Below, piece by piece: positions 37,870-50,790 of a stretch of DNA of 64,000 nt. The position numbers and the translations under genes were made by a program. Numbering within the stretch: the stretch's first letter is position 1; each line of letters begins with the position of its first letter. The notes under the pieces were generated by a model. That model saw nothing but the letters and a program-made list of their open reading frames with translations. It had not been told where the DNA came from and made no database searches. The stretch comes from Lama guanicoe (Eukaryota), in NCBI GenBank assembly GCA_013239625.1, contig MU053934.1:5722399-5786398 (forward strand), in the 5' to 3' direction.

Positions 37870-40800
37870 CTGATTATATAAATAATATTTAGATTATGGT
37901 AGAATACTTTGGCCAGATTAAATCCCCATAGGTAATAATTATAGAATCTGGACAAAATATTAAAAACTAGTATTTGGAGGCACCAGAGAGCTTCCAAAAA
38001 CTGGCAACTGCAGCATAAATCTTTCCCTGAAAGAAGAGCTATAATGAGTAAGATGATAAGATTTTTGCTTGAGGGCATTCCCCAATCCACACAATTTAGG
38101 CAGCAGGAAGTCGCTATAGCATTTGGGCATAAGGTGTCAAAGAGCAGAGTTAGGTACTAGCAAACAACCAGAAAGATGGGGGGAAATCCTGGAAGAGAGG
38201 GTTCTGCAGAGAGGGTGAGACCAAAAATTTGCGTATAAAATATTCCAAAATCCTTGGCTGATCACTACATTATAAGTTGGGCAGAGACCCCAGGAGGCTG
38301 AGCAAAATACCAGCAGCTAAAATTTGAATGGACTGAGCAGAGCTTTTAGTTGCTTCTTACTAAGAGCAGTTTGCAGTTTTAATCCAGCCAAGTTAACAAA
38401 ATCTCTTTTCAAAAGAACATAACAGAATTTTAGAGTCTCTACATTGTATTATTCTTAATTTCCAATATTCAGTTAAAAAATTGCTAGACACAAGAAGAAT
38501 CAGGAAAATGTGACCCATAATCAAGAAAAATATAGTCAATAAAAACAGATCCTAAATAACGCTAATGTTCTGATTAACAAACAAAGACTTTAAGGCAGCT
38601 AACAATAGATGTACTCAAAGAATTAAAGGAAGATATAAGTGTAATGTGTGAACAGATGGAGAATCTGAGTAAGAAATAAAAAAATATAAAAAGAATCAGG
38701 GATACTGGGGAGATGACAACAAAAAATAGTTTTTCAATCTCTCCAAATTGTCCAATAAGAATAGAGCAACTAGGTAGCAAAACCAAATACTACCTGATGG
38801 GGTATCACTAAAACCTCAATATGCAAACAGTTATGAACACACTACGTACAGCCACAAGGCCTGGTGGTATCAATATCTGTGTGGGAGGCAGAAGGAGGCA
38901 GCAATTGTAGGGAGTGCTATGAGAATGATATGGGAACCCCAAAATACCTAACAACTATTCACTAAAAGGATGATGAACCAGTCTGAGAACAGAAGCTGAA
39001 AACAGGAAGGATTTGCCAATCCAATGGCCCAAGAAAGTCTGAAGGTGCTGAGCTCCCTTCTAGGACAGGGGCTCAGACTTAAGGGAAACTGCTGGAAGTA
39101 GATTTAAAACTGAGTAGGTTAGGGACTAGAGAGAGGAAGGAATGAGATCCTGCAAACCACAGTGGAGGGGGGGAACTAAACCAGGAAAAATCAGAAAGCA
39201 GTTGCCATATGTTTTACCACTACACCAAAAAAGCAGATTACATTCTGTGAAGCATAAATCTTTCCTAAATCCTGCCTCACTCTAAAAGTACAAGAAAATT
39301 GATTTCACATAAAATAAGCAATTAAAAAAAGCATCTAGGTTAAATCTCACACAAAATTATTAAAAGCAAAAAGAGAATAAGGAGCAGAATAACATCCCTA
39401 CAGATGATGAAAGCATGCCACATGGCTGCGAAATAAAACAGTGGCCTGCTGTTTCAGAACAACCTGAAATTTTTAAGCAGAGCATTCAAAACATGAAAGA
39501 ACAATGTAAATCAGAATTAGAAAATCTTAGAAACAAAGTGGCAAACTCAGGAAAGAATTAGAAATAAAATTTGAAATCATCCCAGAAAAAAGTCTAGACT
39601 TAAAGGTACCCAATAGCAACAAAGCACAATAAAACCTTAGAAAGAAAGAGAAGGTGAAACGAAAGAAAACTTTAAGAATCAAAATAAAATAAAAAGAAAA
39701 AAGATTATAAGAAAAATGGCAAATATTAAAGATAGGCAAAGAAGTTAGAATATACATATAAAGGAATCCCTGAAGAAGAAAACCAGAGCAAGGGGACAGA
39801 ACAAATACTAAAAACTACAATTCAATAAAATTTTGCTGAAATTTAAAAAAAAAATTGAAACTACCTTTGAAAGAGCATACCGTGTACCTGAGAGTATCAA
39901 CCCAGAAAAAAAACAGTAAGACATAGTCTAATAAAATTCTGAACCTGCAAGAAAAAGAAAAATTCCTTTTGAGAGATCTAGAAAAAAAAGAACACATGAT
40001 TAATAAAGGAAAGGAGATTAGACTTTTATCAAACTTTCAAAAACAATGCTTTCTGCAAGAAGAAAACAGAATAACATATTGAAGATGCCCAGAGAAGAAA
40101 ATTGTGAGCCAAAGGTTTTATCTGCGGCAAAAGAAATTTTCAGCGAATAGGGTACAAATTGTTGTGTAAGAACTCAAGCTGTATGATCAGGAATGAAAGA
40201 GGATATCACAATAAAACCTGCAAATAACAAAGGATAATACTATGTGAACGACTATATGTATTCATCATTGTTAGTCATTGAGGAAAATGCACATTAAACT
40301 TCTACCCATCCACTAGCATGGCTTAAATAAAAGAGACCAACCACACCGAGTGTTGGCAGTTACACAGTGCAACTGGAACTTTCATACATTGCTCTTGGTG
40401 GTGGGAAATACTATAATCACTTTGGGGAAATTTTTGGCAGTTTCTTATAAAATTAAATAGACACTGGTCCTTTGACCTAACAAATCCACTTCTAGGTATT
40501 GACCTAGGAGAAATGAAAATGTATGTCCACAAAAGACTTATACAAGAATATTCCTAACAGTTTTGTTCACAATAACCAAAAGCTGGGAACGACAGGAGAA
40601 TGAAGACACAACTTGTGGTCTCTTCATACAGTGGAATACCACTTAGCAATACAGAGGGGACAAACTACTGATCGAAGTAATACCATGGACGTTGTGCTGA
40701 ATGAAGGAAGCTGAACACAGAAGAGTACATACATATTATATGATTTCATTTACATGATGTTCTAGAATAGGCAAAAAGTAAGGTAAAAATAATGAAACCA

Positions 40801-40890
40801 GCATTTCCCTCTGGAGGTGGAGGATTGATTAGAAACAGGCATGGGGAGTGTCCTGGGGGGTTGGCAGTGTTCTGTATCAGATATGGATCT
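37870..40890 (+). mobile_element. Old L1/HAL1-like remnants: 5' and ORF1 region followed by a 3' region
   Basis: A-rich ORF1-like sequence including gagaagaaaattgtgagccaaaggttttatctgcggcaaaa (similar to CEPRILYPAK); L1ME-type 3' motifs at 40260-40890. Confidence 0.65.
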
Positions 40891-40891
40891 G

Positions 40892-41610
40892 GATCAATCA
40901 GAGTTCTCCATATATTATGTATGTGTGTATGTATAGGTAGGTAGGTAGGTTCTTGACTGATGATTGGTTGAAGGATTTTAAGGAATTAAGCAGTGATGGG
41001 ATTGGCATGTCTGAATTTTGGAGGGCAGAACTGCAGGCTGGAAACTCAAGCAAAAGTTGATATTGCATCCCTGAGGCAGAATTCTTTCTCCAGTATAGCG
41101 CAGTAGTGCTAGCATTTGAATTCATTTAGCGTAGGCTACCTTTTGATCCATGTTTCAGCCAGTCAACCTCATAAACCATTAGAGCCTGACTCCTCAAGCT
41201 TCAGCATTGAATCTAGACCTTCTCCTTTGTGGACCCATATCAATAACTTCAGCTTGATCCAACTTTGTATTTCTTCCACCATTATCCCACGCATTAATAT
41301 CCATTTGTGCACATATTCCCATATTTTTGTCCATATAAATAGGGAAAGTCATGCAGTTCTTTTTGGATTGTAGTGCCTCTCATCCTAGGTCACACTTTGT
41401 ACCTAACTTTTCAGAACCTGCTGGGAATAGCATCTAGTTGTAGGTTTAGAAGCAAATACCAAGGCAACCGCCTCAGGAGAGACATCTGTAGGTTCTCAGT
41501 CAAAACAGGGTTAACCTCCTCAGACAGGAGGAAGGGCTGCTACTACTAACAAAGAAGACTCAGCAAAATTTAGGGGTTCAGTGTCCTCAGCTTCAGCAGC
41601 CTTGGCACAT
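40892..41610 (-). mobile_element. MLT2 (ERVL) LTR 3' part joined to an ERVL gag fragment
   Basis: MLT2-like atcagagttctcca...caggctggaaactca...gaggcagaattc at ~40892-41090; minus-strand WDNGGRNTKLDQAEVIDMGP (ERVL Gag) starting at 41289. Confidence 0.8.
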
Positions 41611-42038
41611 CCATTTGTCAGACTTGTACAGCTCAGATTTGTGCGTTTAAGTGTATGTGAAATTTACATTAAAAAGAATTGTTAAAAAATGTTTACTAGT
41701 ACTGTGGTGGAGTGGAGTATGGGTACACTCACCGAAGATACAAACGTAACAGTGCTGCCAGTGACTGACCCTGGACGATGGATACGTAGGTGTTTATTAT
41801 ACCATTACGTTGTATTTAACCGGTCCTATTAGGGGACATTTAGACTGTATCTGCTATCATTATTTTAAAAATCACATTTTTGTATATTCAGCTTTTTCTG
41901 AATTTCAAATGTTTTCTCAGGATGGATTCTTAGAGCAGAATTACAGACTTAAATTTTATGAGAATCTTAAAGGCCTTTGATTTAACTGCCTGTACTAATT
42001 TACAATCCCATCAACAATGTATAAAAATACATATCATA

Positions 42039-42244
42039 AGGAGGGGGAGGGTATAGCTCAAGTGGTAGAGTACATGCTTAGCATGTGTGAGGTCCTGGGT
42101 TCAATCCCCAGTATTTCCTCTAAGAATGAGTAAACCTAATTATCTCCCACCACCAAAAAAACAAACAACAAAAAACAAACAAAAGAATAATTTAAAAATA
42201 CACCTAATTACCTCCCCCACCAAAAATTTTTAAAAAAATTTTTT
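42039..42244 (+). mobile_element. tRNA-Ala-derived SINE (vic-1-like) with a duplicated tail module
   Basis: Head with A and B boxes; 17-bp TSD taaaaatacatatcata at 42022-42038 and 42245-42261. Confidence 0.9.
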
Positions 42245-42778
42245 TAAAAATACATATCATATACCACCCCAGCGAGATTTTTTTTCTCACTTCCCCCCAT
42301 GATTGCTAAAGAAATTGTTACTCTGAGGATATCTAGAAACCAGTAAGTTACTAGTAGCCAAAGTGTTGACTAGTTTATATCATGACATCTGCTTTGCCTG
42401 TGAGAAATGGATCCCTAGGCTCTAGGTTTTTGGTTGGTTGGTTGGTTGGGTCTTGGTTGTGTTTTTTAAGTGGTAAAAAAGTGGAAAGGATCAAGGATGA
42501 GCCCAGTGTGGCCCTCAGACTGCGTTCATAGCTGGGTGCATCTTCTAGCTTTACCCCACGTATTATCGGCTGCTGCCCCAGCTGGAAGGGTTATTGCTCT
42601 TTCTGTTGAGCATCTAGGCAGTATTAAGATCCCGTCATTAATGATGTATTGGTATTGACTAAATATCAACAATGCCCCATCATCACTGTCTTGAAGTTTT
42701 TATAATCAAGCTTAGAAGCAATCTTCCTGCAATATCAGATAATTCCAAGTTCAAGTTCTTTGGTTTTCCTGTCCCCAG

Positions 42779-42959
42779 GTTCACAGCGCCTCAGGCAGAA
42801 CTCTATGAAGCTGTTCTAGAGGTCCAGAGAGATTGCCTGAGCCTGTGCTCCCCTGGAACAAGCTTGGAGAACATCTACAGCATGATGCTGACACTGATAG
42901 GGCAGAAGCTGAAGGAGCTGGGGATCGTGAGGAACAGTAAGGAGAGTAATACCTTCAAG
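42779..42959 (+). CDS. XPNPEP3: XPNPEP3 exon 8
   Basis: ccccag acceptor; (R)[19 protein letters not shown]...SKESNTFK; gtactt donor; 181 nt. Confidence 0.96.
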
Positions 42960-44012
42960 GTACTTCACTCCTTTTGACCCCTGTTCTTAAGAACACCTGA
43001 CATGCGCTTGGTTTTTATCCTATGTAAAGCTAATTAGACTTGGAAATGGTGTTTGTGATTCTTCACCTGCAAGAGGGACTTCTGAGAGAGTAAAACAAAA
43101 GTTCAGTATTTATTTCTCCCAGAAGATGGCAGCACATTCTGGCTCATTGCATCCTGTGTAACTAGCTCCACCTTCAGAAAACGTAAAATGAAGTCTGTTG
43201 CAGAGAGGGTGGAAAAGGACATAAAAAGGAGGCGTTAACTCTTAATTCTTTTGGAGTGATTTTGAAAAGATAGGGGTCACAGGGGAGCGTATTTGTTGTT
43301 GCTTCAGTAACATTGTTGAGACTTTTAACAGTATCCTCATTGCTATGTCTTTAAGGAATTTCATCTGCATCCAAAATGCGGTGTTCAGTAAAAATTTAAA
43401 GCCTCAACTTCAAATTAAGATGCCAGGTGGTCAAGCCAAACAGACCACTAAGGCATCTCCTATCTCCAAGTTTAGGCTGCAGGGGTTCTTTTTATCAATA
43501 GGAAAAGAAGCTATAGATTCCTGCTCATGCCAACAAATCTTCAGCGGATAGAATTATCCAGGCTGGCAAGTGCCTAATAATTACCGTGTTATTTGATGTT
43601 TCATGCCTACTCCACAAGTTGCTGTGTGATACTTAGGGTCTCCAGAATAGGCTTCCTGAGAGGGACGTGTGCACATTGAAAAGAAAGCTGTTCTAACATA
43701 ATTATCTTCCCTCCCCCAAAGAAAGAGACTTCCATTTGCCATAGTCATTACTGGGGTTACCCTGGTTAGCACGTGGATAGTATATTCAATAGTAGGGAGG
43801 GAAACATGGATTACTTAGAATCCCATTGGCAGAACTGCATGCAAGAGGTGGCCATTTACCAGGTCTCAAGCATCAGCCCAAAGATAGGTTAAACGTAAGT
43901 GGCAGAACCAGGGTGGACGGGGAGGGTATGAACACATATCTCAGATTTATGTCTGCCCAACATTCCCCTTAAGGGGTCATTGCTCTAATAACACTGTGAT
44001 ACTCTTTCCCAG

Positions 44013-44133
44013 GCTGCTCGAAAATACTGCCCACATCACGTCGGCCATTACCTGGGGATGGATGTTCACGACACTCCAGACATGCCCCGCTCCCTCCCTC
44101 TACAGCCGGGTATGGTGATCACAGTGGAGCCAG
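44013..44133 (+). CDS. XPNPEP3: XPNPEP3 exon 9 ([13 protein letters not shown] and TVEPG motifs)
   Basis: tttcccag acceptor; [40 protein letters not shown](G); gtaagg donor; 121 nt. Confidence 0.97.
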
Positions 44134-45610
44134 GTAAGGGGAGGCGCTGGCAGCCTCCAATCCATGGGAACACATAATTCTACTGTCAGAAAGTAAACAC
44201 TCTATTTTTATCTGAACCAAAGCAATCAAATTAGGAGATGTAGGAAAATGAATCTCTCCAGTGTAGATGGGAACTTTTTGATTTTTCTTGAGCTTTCTTC
44301 TTCAACATCGCACAATTTATTTAATTTGACTCCTCCAATAAATAATAGGTGGGGAATACTTTCTATAAGTAGATATTAAGAAACAAATCTTTTTTTAACC
44401 CTGCCTTTGCTGGGGCCAATTTGAACTAGTCTCCCATGCCGTAGTGGTGGGCTGCTCAGTGCTTTCCTGTAGGGCCACTCAGACTCCCCATGTTCTCAGT
44501 TGCAGCTCCTCTGCAAACTGCACTGAAATGCCTGCATTTTTCTGCTTTTTGGTATCCAAATCCTTTCTCCTAAGCTTCAGGGAAAGCTGGCGATCTAATG
44601 GTTCCGTGGCTTGAACGGTGTGAATGTTGGGCAGCATTCAGTGAAGTGGTGGCTGTGGTGAAGTGTGAAGGGAAATCACAAGTCACTTTTAAACACTGAT
44701 GCTGTTTTTGTCATGAAAGCAGATCTCAATCTCAAATATCAAGTGTTTTCACCTCCAAATTATGTTAAGTTATAGCTGGGACACATCTTTTATGCCACCC
44801 TTTGAGGCCAGGCATATGTTGCTGTCTGTAGCCTTATGTACCATTGAATCCAGTCTAGTTGGCACCTGGGCACTTCCTTAGACTTTACATTTTCCTTTGC
44901 TGCTCTTTGTCTTTTTATCACAGAATAGCAGCTGTGAGTACAGTGAAGGAAGTTTACCATTCTTTAATATAAAAAAACCTGGTCTGTCTGACTTAATGAT
45001 TAGAAAGGGAACCTTGGCCTCTTAGAATTTTTCAAATGTTCATTAAAATCTTCCTTTTCCCTCCTTACATCACATACATCAATTGTATTTATGGCTTATT
45101 TGAGTATTTCTGCAGCTTCTGGTTGTTGAGGCTAATAATATCTAAATAGTATTTTTTTAAATACATTTTTCAATGCATTATGTCTTTATTTTACCGAAGT
45201 GCCCTTTCTCCAAGGGACTGTTAGGCAAAGAAAGAATGCATTTATATAATTTACTGGTTCCCAATATGTACCTACATACTTGTCAATTAAGTAACTTCAG
45301 TGGCCTGCCTGCGGCACTGGGACACAACAGAACAACGGTCACCATTGCTGCAGTTGTATAGGTCTTGTAGCCCAGCAAACACAGTAATGTCATGATAGCT
45401 CTAGTAACGGTAGGCAGCATTTACTGACCATTTATGTACCAGACTTTTTTGTGCATATTATCTCATTTAGTCTCCACATTTCTATTAGGTGGGTACCATC
45501 AGGATCCCGGCTTTACAGATGAATTGTAACACAGAGAGCTTAACTTACTTGCCCCTAATCATCCAGTCACTGCTACTTCTGAACAGCACCTTCTTTTTTC
45601 TACTTCTCAG

Positions 45611-45777
45611 GTATTTATATTCCAGAGGATGACAGAGACGCCCCAGAGAGGTTTCGTGGTCTTGGTGTACGAATTGAGGATGATGTAGTGGTGACTGAGG
45701 ACTCACCTCTCATCCTTTCTGCAGATTGTCCCAAAGAGATGAATGACATCGAGCAGATATGCAGTAAGGCCTCTTGA
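45611..45777 (+). CDS. XPNPEP3: XPNPEP3 exon 10, coding part (RIEDD motif, TGA stop)
   Basis: ttctcag acceptor; (G)[54 protein letters not shown]. The ten exons sum to 1524 nt = 507 aa plus stop. Confidence 0.97.
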
Positions 45778-48700
45778 CCTTCATTGCGGCCCACGTGCGT
45801 CTCAGGTTCAGGAGGGGTGGACGCTGGCTTCTGTGCACCTGTGCTTCCGGTGGGGTCCCCGTGTGTTCCACTGGGGAGTGCAGCCGCTGTATGAGTGTAT
45901 ATAATTGTCTATGTGGTCTTTTTTGTTTTAAGTAGCTAGAAATCTGGAAAATTGAATTTTTGGACTTTATGTTACTGCAACTTTAGTAACATTAATTCTG
46001 TAGAATTAATGACCCGGACAAGTTTAATTTTAAGATGTAAAGAAAGATCTTGGTATGTATGTTTATGCATCCCAGTTAACACAGTTAAACATATAGAAAA
46101 TTCTCTCCTTCTCTCCAGGTCCTTCCCTTTCTGCACTTTTGCCAAAATCTATCTAAGATTTTTCTGTAATGCTTATATTTTGAGCGAATCACCAAGGTCC
46201 TTGCCTGCACTAGAAGCCACCTGTCAGTGACTGTGGGTGGCCAGTACATGCCTTCCATAACAGCCACCTACCTACCTACTCAGAAGCCCATGTGTCTGCA
46301 GGAGCCACAGGAACCCTCGGGCACTGGCGTCCTGCGGTCCCACCATTCAGCCAGAGTCCAACAGTCCTAGCTACCAAACAAAACTGTTTTGAGCCTTTCT
46401 TACTATCTGGTTGCCTGGGACCTGGAAGGTGTTTAGACTCTTGATAAGGAAATGGAAAAGAAAGAAAAGTATATATGTGTCTGCTAAAGATCAGATCCCC
46501 ATTCATCTGTTCTTGACCTCAAGATGATTTTCTTCCCAGACATCCACACTTTCTGTATAGATTCTTAATGTACTGACCCTCATAGCACACCCTTGTAGCT
46601 GCTTCCCTGGCCAAGGGCAGATCCTCTGCTTATCCTGTTAAAGTCAGAGGAATGGTACCCAGTATTTAGAGAGACACCCTGGTTATCATTCTGTGATTTC
46701 CTCTAGTGCCAATAAAAACAAAATATGGAACCCACCAAGTCACAGTAAACACCCTGTGATCCTTTCCTTTCTTGGACATTAGCACTGGGAGGGCACTGGT
46801 AAAGGCTCATATTTCTCTCGACCTGGCATTGGATGTCGTTATACAGAAATCAGTTTGTAAAGTGAACAGAGCCAGATGACTGCAGATGGTTTATTTGAGA
46901 GCTTCTGTCATAGAAGGAAGTTTTAAGAAATAGTGTGTTCACCTCCTTTAAACCTGAATATGATGCCAGGATGCACAAAACATTCTGATTGTTAGAGCAT
47001 AAATTTGAAGGGTTTTTTTGAGCATGTATCTGCATTAGAGAAGCACTGGATAGGAGGTTAACGCTCCCTGCAGGGCCAGAGATTTGCCTGTCTTGTCAGA
47101 AAAACCCGAGGCACAGCATCCAGCACAGACAGGCAGTGACTGCATCAGGAGGCAAAGGTAATGGTATAAATCAGAGTGATACAGTTTATGTCTTGACAGT
47201 GCTCAGCCACAGACGCTTGGCTTTGCTAAGCAGCTGTGGGAATGGATGGCTGCACAGCTGCAGTCGTCATCTCTGTGCCTGCCCTCGGCACCTCCTCCAG
47301 CTTCTCAGTCCTGTGTTACCTTCTAAAAGAAGAGGACAGAAAGTAAACCCACAACTCCGGCTTCTCGCTCCTGGGCCTCTGTGACCCAACAACCTTTCTC
47401 TTGAATTGGGTTTCCTTTGTTGATTTACAGTCCTGAAATACAGTATTTCCTTTTCTTCCTATAAATCATTTTCTGTGTCTTCAACTTTCCAGATAAAAGC
47501 TTAGGTGGCTTTTATGTATAACAGCCTACTTGGAAATGAAACAGACTTTTTCCAGCTAGATTCCCAGCAAGTTCTGCAGGTGTTGCAAGAATGACTCTTG
47601 CAGAATTCTTCTGATGGTTTGTAGTCCCTGACCCAGCCATATTGTCCTTTGAGTCCCAGATTAACCACAGCAGCTAACATTTGAATCAGACTGTCAGAAC
47701 CATCAAGAGATGACTTGGTGAACACCTCAGAGCAGTGGTCTGGGGACTGTCTGATGTATTCAGGATTTGTTGAGCAGATAATTATGCACAATGCAGGAAT
47801 CTCATTCATTCTTAGCCACATCACAGATGTACCCCACATTTCCCTCCAGGTCTCAGTATAATATATACTTTACATATACACCAGGTTCTCCTAGTGGAAA
47901 CTGTAACCTTTAAAAAATCTTTCAAATGTTACACCAGAATTTTTCTCCCTGAATTGAAGATATGGCTGAAATATTAACAATGTCATCTAAATGAAAGAAG
48001 TGTATCTGGATGGTCTCTGCTGCATACTTTTATGGTTTTCTTTCAGGAATTGCCATTTTTCCCTCTAATCAAGAAACCAGGATTCTTTCTTGTTTGAAAC
48101 ACAGCAGTAGAAATATGGAGTAATAACTCTCTCTTCCCATAGTCATACCCAAGTTAGGAAGGTACTTCTCATGGTGACTTAAAGTTCTCTTTGTGTGTCT
48201 TCTTTCAAAACATTGTTCTCTTTTCATTAATTTTTGTAAGGTCAGAAATGGAAAACTCCTACTCTAGACATTATATCTTAATCGGGATTAAGATCCATAA
48301 AATAAGTTAATCCCTGTAGAAAGACATTGTAACTCATCAAAATAGAAAACTTGGCTTTGTTATATTTTTCAAAACTCATATAACCAACATCCTCTTCAGC
48401 TTTCTTAATCATAGAAAGATTGCAAATGTGATGCAGGAGTGCTTCTTCTCCCTGTCCCATGTCCATGTCAGATCACAAGCACAGCACAGTGACCTTCCCC
48501 CCAGTCCAGCTGTGACCTCATGGTCCTTTGTAACAGTGTTTCCAGTAACTGCCTTCCATAAAACAGTTGAGATTTGAGTTTGACCCTATCTGTCATCCCT
48601 CACCCGGCATATGATTGATGTTAGTATAACTTATTTGTGTGTGTCCATTAGAAACTGAGGGCCCAGGATGATGACAGCATAAAGGCCCCTGCTTGGAAGA

Positions 48701-49194
48701 AGTTTTTATGGTGTGGTTAATTTTTTTAAATTTTAGTTTCCTGAAGTGGGCTCTGTAGTGCAAAACTTAAGCTGATAGGGTTAAATTTTAAGCCTGGGCA
48801 AATATACTTCAATCTGAAGTGTTTGACAATCCTGATATGCGAAGGTGAATACATCATTAAACCCTCATGGTAGAACAGAATTCCACCGTCACAAAGCACG
48901 TGGGTCTTCCCAACTGCTCTCCCCTCCACCTGTGCCTCACTGAGGAGCTTGGGGTAAGCATCAGTATTATTCAGATCAGGGGTCCCCACTGAGGCCAAGG
49001 CCTCTTGGGATGTGCTCCATGAGGATCTGGGAGAACTGCAATCTTTTGAGCATTTTTTAATGCTTTGTATGACTTTTGTGCAATTATATAAGTTCAGTTT
49101 GAACAAAATGCTGTTACCTGTTAAGGCTCTATTGACTGAGAATAGATATGTCATTCCCCCAAAAGGGAAGAGCATTTGTTACTATCATTTTTAA

Positions 49195-49250
49195 AATAAA
49201 CTGTAAAACAATATAAGAGTGTATGGTTTTGTGTGTGTGTGTGTGTGTGT
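49195..49250 (+). terminator. XPNPEP3: Probable distal XPNPEP3 poly(A) signal with GU-rich downstream element
   Basis: AATAAA at 49195-49200, then gtgtatggtttt and (GT)10 about 20-50 nt downstream. It closes a repeat-poor stretch of about 3.4 kb after the stop codon. Confidence 0.6.
49231..49250. repeat. (GT)10 microsatellite
   Basis: Read directly from the sequence. Confidence 0.9.
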
Positions 49251-49423
49251 TATTTTTGAGTCTAGCATTTATAGCTTTAAATGTGACATTTTTGTTTTAC
49301 AAAATATTTTATTTTACAAGGTATTTATTAACTACTGTCACAAAGTCATGATAGTAAACTTGAGATAATTTTATCAGTCATAGAAGGGGAAGAAACTGGA
49401 TTAGATTGACTCAAGGATCTAAA

Positions 49424-49640
49424 ATATATAATGGTGACTATAGACAGTAACATTGTATTGTACAATTGAAATTTGCTAAGAGAGTAGGACTTAAATATTC
49501 TCACCAAATTAAAAAAAAAAGGTAAATATGTAAGTTGGTGGATGTGTTAATGAACTAGATGGGGGACACCTTTTCACTATGTACACATGTATCAAATCAT
49601 CACAATATACACTTTAAATATTTTGCAGTTTTGTTAATTA
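49424..49640 (+). mobile_element. L1MA-like 3' fragment
   Basis: attgaaatttgctaagagagtaggacttaaatattctcacca motif. Confidence 0.7.
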
Positions 49641-50272
49641 CAGCTCAAGAAAGCTGGTGGGGAGAAAGATTGACTCTCCATAAAATGGTCCCCAGACAGC
49701 CCCTGCAGCACTCCAGACAGTACAGTACAGCCATGAGGATTTTATGAAAGATGAATTTTATGCAACTGTAAATATGTGAACTTTCATGGGAAGCCATATA
49801 AATCCTAAGGGTAGCCATCTCTTCCTATTAGGAATCCTCTTGAAAATATGAAGCTAAGACATGCTTTCCAACATTTTTCACTTCCTGGCACACATAGAAA
49901 GATATTTTTTTGTATGGCACATTGGAATAAACTTAAGGGGACTTAGGAATGTGTACAAGTGACTTACAGGAAAAAAATTACATACCCTTTACATAATTAG
50001 AAGAAAAAATTGTGCAAAGTTTTATAGAAATATTTAAAATTTGTGTAACACTTCCAAAAGATAATTTTTAAATGTCAATAAAAGACTTAGCTTACTTCTG
50101 GTAGCATGATTTTCTTTGATAACAGGCTGAAACACCTACACACGATTCCTGATCCAGACTTTGTGGGGACAGTGTCTTCAGAGTCTTCATAGTCACAAGA
50201 AACTTATTTGCCCATGTATTGCGATGAAAAATTTAAAACCATTTTTATGGTCATTCAAAAATTTATGATTGA

Positions 50273-50386
50273 GGGGGAGGGTATAGTTCAAGTGGTGGAG
50301 TGCATGCCTAGCATGCACAAAGTCCTGGGTTCAGTCCCCAGTACTTCCTCTAAAAATAAATAAACCTAATTACCTCTCCCCACAAA
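50273..50386 (+). mobile_element. tRNA-Ala-derived SINE (vic-1-like)
   Basis: Same head; 16-bp TSD aaaaatttatgattga at 50257-50272 and 50387-50402. Confidence 0.9.
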
Positions 50387-50402
50387 AAAAATTTATGATT
50401 GA

Positions 50403-50790
50403 ACTGATGAATGGATAAATGAAATGTGCATGTATACAATGAAATATTATGCAGCCATAAAAAAGAATGAAGCACTGATACATGTGACAACATGAATGAA
50501 CCTTGAAAACGTTATTCTAAGCCAAAGAAGCCAGTCATAAAAGACACATATTGTATGATTCTGTTTATATAAAATGTCCAGAATAGGCAAGTTCATGGAG
50601 ATTAGTGGTTACCAGGGGCTGCAGGTGGGAGGAAATGGAGAGTGACTGCTAACAGGTATGGTTTCTTTTTAGGTGGTGAAAATGTTCTGGAAGTAGATGG
50701 TAGTGGCAGCTGCACAGCCGTGAGTATACTAAAAACGTTGAATTGTATACTTTAAGAGGAATTTTATGGTATATGCATTAAATCTCACTA
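50403..50790 (+). mobile_element. Old L1 3' fragment
   Basis: gaatggataaat...gcagccataaaaaagaatgaagcactgatacatg...gaaccttgaaaac. Confidence 0.75.

Noticed and set aside
42043..42118. Apparent tRNA-Ala(AGC) gene, and six similar copies
   Set aside because: Each has a SINE tail, several have TSDs, and the stems are disrupted. They are SINE heads, not tRNA genes.
48726..49175. 149-aa minus-strand ORF antisense to the XPNPEP3 3'UTR
   Set aside because: No recognisable homology, promoter or splice context. The length is compatible with chance.
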